The position numbers were made by a program, and so were the translations under genes. The notes below the pieces were generated by a model. It did not search any database. It was not told where the DNA came from and saw only the letters and a list, made by a program, of their open reading frames with translations. Shown one piece after another: positions 16,632-25,237 of a stretch of 64,000 nucleotides of DNA. Within the stretch, counting starts at the first letter, position 1, and every line of letters begins with the position of its first letter. The DNA comes from an uncultured Hyphomicrobiales bacterium. Lineage in GTDB: Bacteria; Pseudomonadota; Alphaproteobacteria; Rhizobiales; Beijerinckiaceae. The stretch is from positions 9,589 to 73,588 of the forward strand of contig CAIYZJ010000007.1 of NCBI GenBank assembly GCA_903930675.1, read 5' to 3'.

Positions 16632-16963
16632 AGCGGAGTTTGGGCGAGCGCGGCACTGATTTCCTCGCGCGTCTGGCTGTGCTGGTTTTTCAGCATGGCC
16701 AGAAATTCAGCGCTGGCCGGTTCCACCCCTGATTCGATCGCACCGATATTGTGGCTGAGCGAGGTGTAATAGGCGACCAGTCTGCGGAAGGCCTGATCGC
16801 GATGTTTGAGCCGCGCAAAATCGGCGGAATGACCTGAAAATTCTTCTTCGACAGAGCGCAACGCGGGGGCAATCGCAAAGCCTGTGTCCTCGGCTTGAAT
16901 CTGCGGTTCTGTCCGGTCTGGATCGGGGACGTTCACAACAACACTCCTGATGGGCATGTCCAT
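16625..16963 (-). CDS. Orphan hypothetical protein (about 112 aa) occupying the position of the missing g9-g11 genes
   Basis: Minus-strand ORF with host-like codon usage. Its stop overlaps the g8 stop by 7 nt. Only the part that does not overlap g12 is kept. Start could be 16957, 16963 or 16966. Confidence 0.45.
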   Translation of the reverse strand: MDMPIRSVVVNVPDPDRTEPQIQAEDTGFAIAPALRSVEEEFSGHSADFARLKHRDQAFRRLVAYYTSLSHNIGAIESGVEPASAEFLAMLKNQHSQTREEISAALAQTPLY

Positions 16964-17041
16964 CATAAGGCCAAACCAGCCTGCCCGACAAGGAGACCCG
17001 GTTCGGCTGCAGCTGGTTTCAAACATGGATGGCGAGGATTT

Positions 17042-17701
17042 ATGAGCACGGATTTTCATGACGTGGTTTTTCCGCTGGCCTTGTCGATGCAGGCGCGCGG
17101 CGGGCCGCAACGGCGCACGGACATCATCACCACGGGGGCAGGACGCGAGAACAGGGTCAGCCGCTGGGCCTGTTCGCGCTATCATTATGACATCGGCTCG
17201 GGGATCAAAACCCGCGCCGATCTGGCCCTGTTGTTGAATTTTTTCGAGGAGCGGCGCGGCGCGTTTTACGGTTTCCGGTTTCGCGATCCGCTCGATCGTT
17301 CCAGCGCGGCGCCGGATGCGGCAGTGACCCCGTTCGATCAGGTGATCGGGCAGGGGGACGGCACGCGCATGGCGTTTCAACTGGTCAAAACCTATGGCGC
17401 ATTATTCGCGCCCTATGCACGCCCGATTTTCAAACCGGTGGCTGGCACCATCCGGATTGCGGTGGCGGGAGTGGAGGTTCTGTTGGGGCAGGATGCCGAT
17501 TGCGATCCGCGCACCGGTCTGGTGCGGTTTCGCGCAGGGCACTGTCCGGCGGCGGGACAACAGGTCACGGCAGGTTTCCGCTTCGATGTGCCCGTGCGTT
17601 TTGCCGAGGACCGGCTGGAGGTTGCGCTCGATGCCTTCGGCAGCGGCGAGATCGCCAAAATCAGTCTGATCGAATTGCTTTGCCAACCGGAAAAGGCATA
17701 G
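17042..17701 (+). CDS. DUF2460-type distal tail protein (RcGTA g12 homologue)
   Basis: FHDVVFPLALSMQARGGPQRRTDIITTGAGRENRVSRW..SRYHYDIG...FFEERRGAFYGFRFRDPLD is the DUF2460 signature. GAGGA as RBS. Confidence 0.88.
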   Translation: MSTDFHDVVFPLALSMQARGGPQRRTDIITTGAGRENRVSRWACSRYHYDIGSGIKTRADLALLLNFFEERRGAFYGFRFRDPLDRSSAAPDAAVTPFDQVIGQGDGTRMAFQLVKTYGALFAPYARPIFKPVAGTIRIAVAGVEVLLGQDADCDPRTGLVRFRAGHCPAAGQQVTAGFRFDVPVRFAEDRLEVALDAFGSGEIAKISLIELLCQPEKA

Positions 17702-17705
17702 GGCC

Positions 17706-18584
17706 ATGCGCAATATTCCTCCGAGTTTTACAGGTGATGCCGCCAGTCTTGCCCTGTGCTGGCGGATCATGCGGCGCGATGGCGCGGTGCTGGGATTTAC
17801 CCAGCATGATGCCGATCTGGTATTCGGCGGGATCACGCATCAGGCACGCAGCGGGCTGGATGTGGAGTCTGCCCAAATACAGGCAGGGCTTGCCGGAAGC
17901 GAGACCGTGCTGCTGGGCGTGCTGATGTCCGAGAGTGTCACTCTGGCCGATATTCTGGCCGGACTTTATGACCATGCCACCATCGAAACATGGCTGGTGG
18001 ACTGGAGCGATCCGACCCTTTGCGTCCTGCTTGATTGCGGCTCGATCGGACGGATCGAGGCATCCGATCACGGGTTCAAGGTCGAGGTGCGATCCGTCAT
18101 CGACCAGTTGATGCAACCGCAGGGGCGGCTGTTTCAGGCCCATTGCGCGGCCGATCTGGGCGATGCGCATTGCGGGATAGATTTGAGCGGTTCCGCCTAT
18201 CGGCTCGAGGGCGTGGTGCGTGCCACAGATGGCCGCAGCATGCTGGCACTGGATGCGGGCGGCTTTGCCGCCGATGCCTTCAGTCGCGGCCTGTTGCAGG
18301 TGCTCGATGGCGCCAATGCGGGTATGCGCGCGGATATCAAGATGCATGATGTCGCCTCCGGTCAGGCGCGGATCAGTCTGTGGCAGGCCTTGCCAAACGT
18401 GCTTGCCGCGGGGGATCGGGTGGTGGCGATTGCGGGTTGCGACAAGCTGGCTGCCACCTGCCAGACCCGCTTCGGCAACATCATAAATTTTCGCGGATTT
18501 CCGCGCATGCCGGGCAATGATCTGTTGATCCGTCGGGTCAATGACGGCGAAGCGGGCATGGATGGCGGGAGCCTGTTTCAATGA
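17706..18584 (+). CDS. DUF2163 / BR0599-type baseplate hub protein (RcGTA g13 homologue)
   Basis: ASLALCWRIMRRDGAVLGFTQHD.DLVFGG..H.A.SG...C-terminal CDKLAATCQTRFGNIINFRGFPRMPG is typical. Confidence 0.88.
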   Translation: MRNIPPSFTGDAASLALCWRIMRRDGAVLGFTQHDADLVFGGITHQARSGLDVESAQIQAGLAGSETVLLGVLMSESVTLADILAGLYDHATIETWLVDWSDPTLCVLLDCGSIGRIEASDHGFKVEVRSVIDQLMQPQGRLFQAHCAADLGDAHCGIDLSGSAYRLEGVVRATDGRSMLALDAGGFAADAFSRGLLQVLDGANAGMRADIKMHDVASGQARISLWQALPNVLAAGDRVVAIAGCDKLAATCQTRFGNIINFRGFPRMPGNDLLIRRVNDGEAGMDGGSLFQ

Positions 18585-19033
18585 GCGCGCCAACCGACAT
18601 GCTGGCCGCCCGCGTGGTGGAGGAAGCACGCCGCTGGATCGGCACGCCCTATCTGCATCAGGCTTCGTTGTGCGGGGTGGGATGCGACTGCCTTGGTCTG
18701 GTGCGCGGCATCTGGCGTTCTGTCTACGGGGAAGAGCCCGAAGCCGTTCCCCATTACAGCGCCGATTGGGCCGAGGCCTCGGGCATCGAACATTTGCTCA
18801 TGGCCGGACACCGGCATTTTCTGCCGGTGGATACGGACGATATGGCCGCCGGTGATGTGGTGCTGTTTCGCTGGCGTGCGCATTGGCCAGCCAAACATCT
18901 GGGTGTGGTGTCGGGCGAAGGCAGCATGATCCATGCCCATGCGGGGGCAGTGGTGGCCGAGGTGCATTTCGGCATCTGGGCACGGCGCATCGCACAGGTC
19001 TTTCGCTTTCCGCCACCAGCTGAACGGGGTTGA
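18581..19033 (+). CDS. NlpC/P60 family cell-wall peptidase (RcGTA g14 homologue)
   Basis: WIGTPYLHQASLCGVGCDCLGLVRGIW...KHLGVV....MIHA carries the Cys and His catalytic residues. ATGA-coupled to g13. Confidence 0.9.
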   Translation: MSAPTDMLAARVVEEARRWIGTPYLHQASLCGVGCDCLGLVRGIWRSVYGEEPEAVPHYSADWAEASGIEHLLMAGHRHFLPVDTDDMAAGDVVLFRWRAHWPAKHLGVVSGEGSMIHAHAGAVVAEVHFGIWARRIAQVFRFPPPAERG

Positions 19034-22000
19034 TGATGGGCACTTTGATCTTGAATGCCGCGCAGGGCTCGGTGCGGGCGACGGCGGGCGGATTGGCCGG
19101 TCATGCGGTCGGCTCGCTCTTGGGCGGCGGGCCGATCGGCACGATGTTCGGGCGTATCGCCGGTCAGGCTTTGTCGGGCGCGCTGTCGGACCACCGGACC
19201 CGCTTGCATGATGGTCCGCGCCTGCATGACATGCCGGTGATGGGGGCGACAGAGGGCGCGCCCGTTCCGAAAGTCTATGGCCGCGCGCGTATCGGTGGCA
19301 CCTTGATCTGGTCGACCCGTTTTGCCGAGGTGATCAGCCAGACCGAAACCGAAACCGGCTCGGGCGGTTCCTCCGGCGGGCTCGGTTTCAAGGGCGGTGG
19401 CGGCGGCAGTTCCACCATCAACCGGACCTATTCCTATTACGGCAATTTCGCGGTGGCGGTGTGCGAAGGACCGGTGGCTTTCATCCGGCGCATCTGGGCC
19501 GACGGGCAGTTGATCGACCAGCAATCGGTCAGTTTGCGCATCTATCGCGGCGATGAAAACCAGCAGCCCGATCCGCTGATTGTGGCCAAGGAAGGGGCAG
19601 CCAATACGCCTGCTTTTCGCGGCACCTGTTATGTGGTGTTCGAACGGATGCCGCTGGCCGCATTCGGCAACCGCCTGCCGCAATTGAGCTTCGAGGTGGT
19701 GCGTCCGGTCAACGGCGTCGGGCAGAAAATCCGCAGCATCAACCTGATCCCCGGCTCGGGCGAATTTGCCTATGGCGTCACCGCCGTCTCGCGCGATTTC
19801 GGGCAGGGCAACAGCCAGTCCGAAAACCGCCATGATCTGTCGGGTGCATCCGACTGGATGGTCTCGCTCGATGCCTTGCAGGCCCTTTGCCCCAATCTGC
19901 GCCATGTACAATTGGTGGTGAGCTGGTTCGGTGATGATTTGCGCTGCGACAGCTGCACAGTGGCTCCGCGTATCGATCTGGCCGACAAGGCGACCATCGG
20001 CGCGCAATGGATGGTGGCGGGATTGACGCGGGCCGGCGCGCGTCCAGTCAGTCAGGTCAACGGTCGCGCGGCCTATGGCGGCACGCCGTCCGATCAATCG
20101 GTGATGGAAGCGATTGCCGATCTGCGGCGGCGCGGTCTGGCGGTTACGCTTTACCCGTTTTTGATGATGGATATTCCCGCTGCCAATACGCTGCCCGATC
20201 CGTGGAGCGGGGCCGCAAGCCAGCCCGCTTTCCCGTGGCGCGGACGCATCACGTGCACTCCGGCGATCGGGCAACCGGGTTCTCCCGACGGCACTCTGGC
20301 TGCTGCCACGGCGGTACAAAAATTTTTCGGCACGGCCAGTGCCTCCCAGTTCAGCTATGGCAACGGCGTGGTTTTTTCGGGCGGAGCGGAATGGTCGTGG
20401 CGGCGCATGGTGCTGCATTGTGCCACGCTCGCCAAAGCGGCCGGAGGTGTGAACGGCTTCATCATCGGATCGGAATTTGTCACGCTCAACCATATCCGCA
20501 GCGGCATCGGGACCTTTCCGGCTCCCAATGCCTTTGCCGCTTTGGCCAACGAGGTGCAATCGGTTTTGGGGCCTTCGACCGTGCTGACCTATGCGGCCGA
20601 TTGGACCGAATATGGCGGCTATAGCCCGAAGGCGGGCGAATTGCGTTTTCCGCTCGATGTGCTGTGGTCGCATCCGGCTATCGGGGCGGTGGGGATTGAT
20701 GCCTATTGGCCTGTCTCGGACTGGCGCGACGGCAACCCGCATCTCGATCTGGGCCAGACCGACTCTCTTTACGATCCGGCCTATCTGGCGGCGGGCATGG
20801 TGTCTGGCGAAAATTTCGATTGGTATTATGCCAGCCCCGCCGACCGCCAAGCGCAGTTGCGCACGCCGATCAGCGACGGCAGCATCAACAAGCCGTGGGT
20901 GTGGCGGGCCAAGGATGTCAAAAGCTGGTGGTCCAATCCGCATGTCGAGCGATTGAACGGGGTTGAATACACTTCGCCGACGCCGTGGCAGCCTTGTTCG
21001 AAACCGGTCTGGCTGACAGAGATCGGTTGTCCGGCCGTCGACAAGGGGTCCAATGCGCCCAATGTGTTCCCCGATCCGAAATCATCGGAATCCGCTTTGC
21101 CGCCGTTCTCGCATGGCCAGCGCGACGATGTGATGCTGCTGCGCTTTGTCGAGGCCGCACTGCTGGCTTTCGATCCCTTTCAGGGGGCCGATAGCAGCCG
21201 CAATCCGGTGTCTCCTGTCTATGGCGGGCGGATGATCGACCCCGACCGCATCAGCTTCTGGACATGGGATGCGCGGCCCTTTCCGGCCTTTCCCTTGATG
21301 GGCGATGTCTGGGCCGATCACAGCAACTGGCAAACCGGCCATTGGCTGACCGGCCGGCTCGAAAGCATCCCGCTCGACGGATTGATGAAAGCCATGCTGG
21401 CGGATGCCGGTCTGGCCGTGCCATTGGCGGGCCGTGTCGACGAGGTCATTGACGGCTATGTCGTCGACCATCCGATGAGCGTCGCCGAGATGATTGCACC
21501 CCTGTGCGATCTGCTCGATATCGAAGTGGCGGCCTCGGGTTCGGGGTTGCGTCTGCTGTCGCCCCAACGCAAGCCGGTGGTGCAACTGGCACTCGACGAC
21601 TTCGTGCCCTTGCCGGACGGGGGCTTGTTCGATCACCACCGCACCCGCGACACGGCTCTGCCGAGTGAATTGGCTTTGGGGTTTACCGAGGCCGAGGCCG
21701 ATTATCGCCGCGCCGTTGTTTCATCGCGGCGGCTGGCCAGCGGCACCGGGCGCAAGAGCTTGGCCGAATTTGCGCTGATGACCCGCCGCAGCGAGGCCCA
21801 GCGCATGGCCGACACTTGGCTGCACCGCGTCTGGACGGGGCGGGACGAAGTGAGCTTTGCTCTGGCACCGCGCTGGATCGGGCTCGAAGTCGGCGATGTG
21901 GTGACGCTGCCTTTGAGTAATCCGGCGCGCAGCTTTGTGATCACCACGATCCGAGAACAGGGGATGCGCTTGATCACGGCGCGCGCGGTGGCCGATCCTG

Positions 22001-22998
22001 CGGGCAAGGCGCGGACCACTTCCATGCCTGCGCCATCGATGACTGCGCCGAAACTGGCCAGTCGTCCATGGGTGGCGATTTTCGATTTGCCGGTCACCAC
22101 GGGATCTCCCGTGGTGATGCAGGTGATTGCGGCCTTTGCCGATCCGTGGCCGTCCAGCCTGACGGTCTGGCGGTCCGCCGACGGGACTTCGTATGATCCG
22201 GTGCTGACGCTGGATGCGCCGGCCCGCATCGGCCGCTTGGTCAGTGATCTGCCTGCCGGTCATCTGTGGGTGTGGGACGAATCCTGCACGCTGACCATCG
22301 AGTTGCAAGGCGGGGTTTTGACCAGTCCGGGTGATCTCAACGGTTTGGGCGCATCGCCCGCGTTGGCTGTGGAGGGCGTGGACGGGACATGGGAAGTGAT
22401 CGGCTTTGCGCGGGCCGAACTGGTCGGGCCGAAGCAATGGCGGTTGAGCCGTCTCTTGCGCGGGCTCGGCGGTTCGGAACGTTCGGCACAACGCTTTGTT
22501 GCTTCGGGTGCGCGCTGTGTGGTGCTTGACGGGGCGGTCAAGCCGCTGCGGCAGGGCTTGGCGGCTTTGGGCGAAGTCTGGCACTGGCGGGTTGCGGCCT
22601 CGCATCTCGACCATGCTGATCCGATGGCGGTGGCGGTCGACTCGACCGTCAGCGGGGCGGCTCTGGTGCCTCTGTCTCCGGTGGGCCTGAGCGCCAGACG
22701 CACGAGCCAGGGCATTGTGTTGAACTGGATCAGGCGTGCGCGCTCGGATGCCGATGGTTGGGGCCTAACGGATATTCCGCTCGAGGAGGACAGCGAGACC
22801 TATCAGGTCGGCATTGTCAAAGCAGGCCAGACCATCCGGCAGATGGTGGTTGCGTCCTCCACCTGCCTCTATGCCGCCAGCGATGAATGGGCCGATTTCG
22901 GGCAGGCGCAAAGCACGCTGTCCGTCACCATCCGCCAGATCAGCGCGGCAGTCGGACCGGGGGCGGCTTTGAATGCGCAGGCGGTCATTCTCTCCTGA
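19033..22998 (+). CDS. GTA host-specificity/baseplate megatron protein (RcGTA g15 homologue)
   Basis: 1321 aa. N-terminal Gly-rich region. The central region (FIIGSEFVTLN...VWLTEIGCPAVDKGSNAPNVFPDPKSSE) resembles the GTA TIM-barrel-like domain. C-terminal phage-tail-like domain. Confidence 0.92.
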   Translation: MMGTLILNAAQGSVRATAGGLAGHAVGSLLGGGPIGTMFGRIAGQALSGALSDHRTRLHDGPRLHDMPVMGATEGAPVPKVYGRARIGGTLIWSTRFAEVISQTETETGSGGSSGGLGFKGGGGGSSTINRTYSYYGNFAVAVCEGPVAFIRRIWADGQLIDQQSVSLRIYRGDENQQPDPLIVAKEGAANTPAFRGTCYVVFERMPLAAFGNRLPQLSFEVVRPVNGVGQKIRSINLIPGSGEFAYGVTAVSRDFGQGNSQSENRHDLSGASDWMVSLDALQALCPNLRHVQLVVSWFGDDLRCDSCTVAPRIDLADKATIGAQWMVAGLTRAGARPVSQVNGRAAYGGTPSDQSVMEAIADLRRRGLAVTLYPFLMMDIPAANTLPDPWSGAASQPAFPWRGRITCTPAIGQPGSPDGTLAAATAVQKFFGTASASQFSYGNGVVFSGGAEWSWRRMVLHCATLAKAAGGVNGFIIGSEFVTLNHIRSGIGTFPAPNAFAALANEVQSVLGPSTVLTYAADWTEYGGYSPKAGELRFPLDVLWSHPAIGAVGIDAYWPVSDWRDGNPHLDLGQTDSLYDPAYLAAGMVSGENFDWYYASPADRQAQLRTPISDGSINKPWVWRAKDVKSWWSNPHVERLNGVEYTSPTPWQPCSKPVWLTEIGCPAVDKGSNAPNVFPDPKSSESALPPFSHGQRDDVMLLRFVEAALLAFDPFQGADSSRNPVSPVYGGRMIDPDRISFWTWDARPFPAFPLMGDVWADHSNWQTGHWLTGRLESIPLDGLMKAMLADAGLAVPLAGRVDEVIDGYVVDHPMSVAEMIAPLCDLLDIEVAASGSGLRLLSPQRKPVVQLALDDFVPLPDGGLFDHHRTRDTALPSELALGFTEAEADYRRAVVSSRRLASGTGRKSLAEFALMTRRSEAQRMADTWLHRVWTGRDEVSFALAPRWIGLEVGDVVTLPLSNPARSFVITTIREQGMRLITARAVADPAGKARTTSMPAPSMTAPKLASRPWVAIFDLPVTTGSPVVMQVIAAFADPWPSSLTVWRSADGTSYDPVLTLDAPARIGRLVSDLPAGHLWVWDESCTLTIELQGGVLTSPGDLNGLGASPALAVEGVDGTWEVIGFARAELVGPKQWRLSRLLRGLGGSERSAQRFVASGARCVVLDGAVKPLRQGLAALGEVWHWRVAASHLDHADPMAVAVDSTVSGAALVPLSPVGLSARRTSQGIVLNWIRRARSDADGWGLTDIPLEEDSETYQVGIVKAGQTIRQMVVASSTCLYAASDEWADFGQAQSTLSVTIRQISAAVGPGAALNAQAVILS

Positions 22999-23025
22999 AA
23001 CAATTCTTTTTTGAGGATCAATTCG

Positions 23026-24171
23026 ATGGCACAAACGGCACGGCTCGGTCTGGTTCTGATGGCAGCGGCGCAAGCGCAAAAGCATGTGACGCATAATGAT
23101 GCTTTGCTTTCAATCGACGCGCTGGTTCAGGCAGTGGTGGCCGAGACGGATCGTCTGGCTCCGCCCGCCGCCCCGCAAGAGGGCGATGCCTATCTGATCG
23201 GCACGGCCCCGACAGGCGCCTTTGCCGGACAGGCAGGGATGCTGGCGGCCTTCATCTCGGGAAGCTGGCGGTTCTTCCAGCCGCAGACCGGCTGGCTGGT
23301 GTTTGTCAAAAGCCGCAATGCTATGATGGTTCTTAGCGGCGGCAGCTGGCATGTGCTGGATGATCTGGCCCAAAGCTTTGCCAATCTCAAAAGCCTCGGA
23401 ATCGGCACCTCGGCTGATGCGGTCAACCGGCTGGCCGTCAAAACCAATGCGGCTTTGTTTGTGGCCACCAGTGCCGCCGAGGGTGGCAGCGGTGATTTGC
23501 GCGTGGCCTTCAACAAGCCGCTGGCCACCGGCACGGTCTCGCATCTGTTCCAGACCAATTGGTCGGGCCGCACCGAATTGGGCTTGACCGGCGATGACCA
23601 GTTCCACATCAAAGTCTCGCCCGATGGCAGCACATGGACCGAAGCTCTCGTGTGTTCTTCCACCACCGGCGCGGTGCGGATGGACCGGATGCTGACGGGG
23701 CGCGCCACCCCGCGTGTGATGGCCTGTTACGAGGCCGAATTTGCAGGCGCAAGCAAACAGGGCATCGCGCTCAATGACACAGGCACGGCGGCCTCCACTG
23801 CGATCAGCTTCAGTCGGGCGGGGGTGCTGATCGGCTCGGTCGGGCTGGCCAGTGCGGGGGTGAGTTTCAACACCACGTCCGATTATCGCCTGAAAACCGC
23901 GATCAAGCCGCTGTCATGTGCCACTGACCGGCTGAAACAACTCAAGCCCTTGCGCTATTCCTTTGTCTCGCATCAAAGTGGTGAGCTCGACGGGTTTCTG
24001 GCCCATGAGGTGGCTGCTGTCGTACCCGAAGCGGTGACGGGAGCCAAAGACGCGGTGGATCCGCACGGCCTTCCGGTGTGGCAGCAGTTGGACCAGACGC
24101 GGTTGATCCCCTTGTTGGTGGCTGCTTTGCAGGAAGCTCTGACGCGGATCGAGACGCTTGAGGCGCGGTAA
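23026..24171 (+). CDS. DUF2793-type tail fibre protein with a C-terminal S74-like intramolecular chaperone domain
   Basis: N-terminus TARLGLVLMAAAQAQKHVTHNDALLSIDALVQ..V and GDAYLIG (DUF2793). C-terminus TSDYRLKTAIKPL...LKQLKPLRYSF......DGFLAHEVAAVVPEAVTG..D...........QQLDQTRLIPLLVAALQE resembles the endosialidase-type auto-cleaving chaperone. Confidence 0.8.
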   Translation: MAQTARLGLVLMAAAQAQKHVTHNDALLSIDALVQAVVAETDRLAPPAAPQEGDAYLIGTAPTGAFAGQAGMLAAFISGSWRFFQPQTGWLVFVKSRNAMMVLSGGSWHVLDDLAQSFANLKSLGIGTSADAVNRLAVKTNAALFVATSAAEGGSGDLRVAFNKPLATGTVSHLFQTNWSGRTELGLTGDDQFHIKVSPDGSTWTEALVCSSTTGAVRMDRMLTGRATPRVMACYEAEFAGASKQGIALNDTGTAASTAISFSRAGVLIGSVGLASAGVSFNTTSDYRLKTAIKPLSCATDRLKQLKPLRYSFVSHQSGELDGFLAHEVAAVVPEAVTGAKDAVDPHGLPVWQQLDQTRLIPLLVAALQEALTRIETLEAR

Positions 24172-24221
24172 GATCCCGCTTGTTCATATCATGTTCAGCC
24201 ATCACGGTTTAAAAGGAGAGT

Positions 24222-24545
24222 ATGAAAACAATTTCCTCACCCACGATTGTTCTGGCCATGATGCTGGCATTTGCCGGCACGGGCGTCCATGCCGAGGGCG
24301 CGGTGGCATCGCGCAGTTGCCTGACGGCTCCCGAAGTGCGCGAACTGGTCGACAAGGCCGAGGTTGTGCCCGCCGCCCGCGCCATTCAAGCCGCCAGAAC
24401 AGCGCGGCCCGGTGAAGTCGTCAAGGTGCGTTTATGCAAGCAGGATGGATCATTGCTTTATCTGGTCACAATGCTGGCAAAAGACGGGAAAATCAGGATA
24501 TTGGAAGTCGATGGCCGTTCCGGCAATTTGATCGAGCGGCATTGA
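24222..24545 (+). CDS. PepSY domain-containing exported protein
   Basis: Signal peptide MKTISSPTIVLAMMLAFAGTGVHA. Small beta-rich domain ...GEVVKVRLCKQDGSLLYLVTMLAKDGKIRILEVDGRSG. Strong AAGGAG RBS. Confidence 0.7.
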   Translation: MKTISSPTIVLAMMLAFAGTGVHAEGAVASRSCLTAPEVRELVDKAEVVPAARAIQAARTARPGEVVKVRLCKQDGSLLYLVTMLAKDGKIRILEVDGRSGNLIERH

Positions 24546-24566
24546 GGACGGCGGGGAGAGATTTTG

Positions 24567-25235
24567 ATGCGTTTGCTGGTTGTCGAAGACGACAGGGATT
24601 TGAACCGCCAGATTGTGGCAGCTCTGGAGCAGGCCGGTTATGTTGTCGACAAGGCCTTTGACGGCGAGGAAGGGCAGTTTCTGGGCGAGACCGAGCCCTA
24701 TGATGCGGTGATCCTCGATCTCGGCCTGCCGGTGCGCGATGGCTCCTCCGTGCTCAAAGCATGGCGCGAGGCGGGCAAGACCATGCCGGTGCTGATCCTG
24801 ACCGCACGCGACCGCTGGAGCGACAAGGTCAATGCCTTCGATACGGGCGCCGATGATTATGTCACCAAGCCCTTCCATATCGAAGAAATTCTGGCCCGCG
24901 TCCGTGCTTTGCTGAGGCGGGCGACGGGCCATGCCAAAAGCGAGCTGGTGTGCGGTCCGGTAATCCTCGACACCAAAAACGGCCGCGTGACGGTGGATGG
25001 AAATCCCGTACGGCTGACCTCGCACGAATACCGGCTGATCGCCTATTTGATGCATCATCAGGGCCGGATCATTTCGCGCAGCGAAATCATCGAGCATCTC
25101 TATGATCAGGATTTCGACCGCGACTCCAACACCATCGAGGTGTTTGTCGGACGCATCCGGAAAAAGCTCGGGATAGACATTATCGAAACCGTCCGAGGTC
25201 TGGGCTACCGGCTCGAAGTGCCGCAGGCGGGTTGA
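24567..25235 (+). CDS. OmpR/PhoB-family response regulator
   Basis: LLVVEDD...DAVILDLGLP..DG...LILTARD....KV.AFD.GADDYV.KPF, plus a winged-helix C-terminus (LTSHEYRLIAYL...VFVGRIRKKLG...ETVRGLGYRL). Confidence 0.93.
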   Translation: MRLLVVEDDRDLNRQIVAALEQAGYVVDKAFDGEEGQFLGETEPYDAVILDLGLPVRDGSSVLKAWREAGKTMPVLILTARDRWSDKVNAFDTGADDYVTKPFHIEEILARVRALLRRATGHAKSELVCGPVILDTKNGRVTVDGNPVRLTSHEYRLIAYLMHHQGRIISRSEIIEHLYDQDFDRDSNTIEVFVGRIRKKLGIDIIETVRGLGYRLEVPQAG

Positions 25236-25237
25236 GC

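Larger units (their letters stand above)
9172..24171 (+). mobile_element. RcGTA-like gene transfer agent structural cluster, lacking g9-g11 and interrupted by two opposite-strand genes
   Basis: Collinear gene order: g1-like, TerL, portal, g3.5, protease, capsid, adaptor, stopper, terminator, DUF2460, DUF2163, NlpC/P60, megatron, DUF2793 fibre. No integrase, repressor, replication or lysis genes. Confidence 0.85.

Noticed and set aside
16964-17380. Upstream part of the 251-aa minus-strand ORF 16625..17380
   Set aside because: This part overlaps the well-supported DUF2460 (g12) gene on the other strand. Only the non-overlapping 3-prime portion, starting at the MDMPIR methionines, is kept as a candidate gene.
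18754-20943. 729-aa minus-strand ORF, plus several other long minus-strand ORFs across 19-22.6 kb
   Set aside because: It lies entirely antisense to the g15 megatron gene, which has clear homology-type motifs. The translation is Arg/Ala/Gly/Pro-rich low-complexity sequence, typical of shadow ORFs in high-GC DNA.
9172-24171. Interpretation as an intact or cryptic prophage
   Set aside because: There are no integrase, excisionase, repressor, replication, holin/endolysin or att-like repeats. The size and gene families match GTAs, and housekeeping genes flank the locus on both sides.
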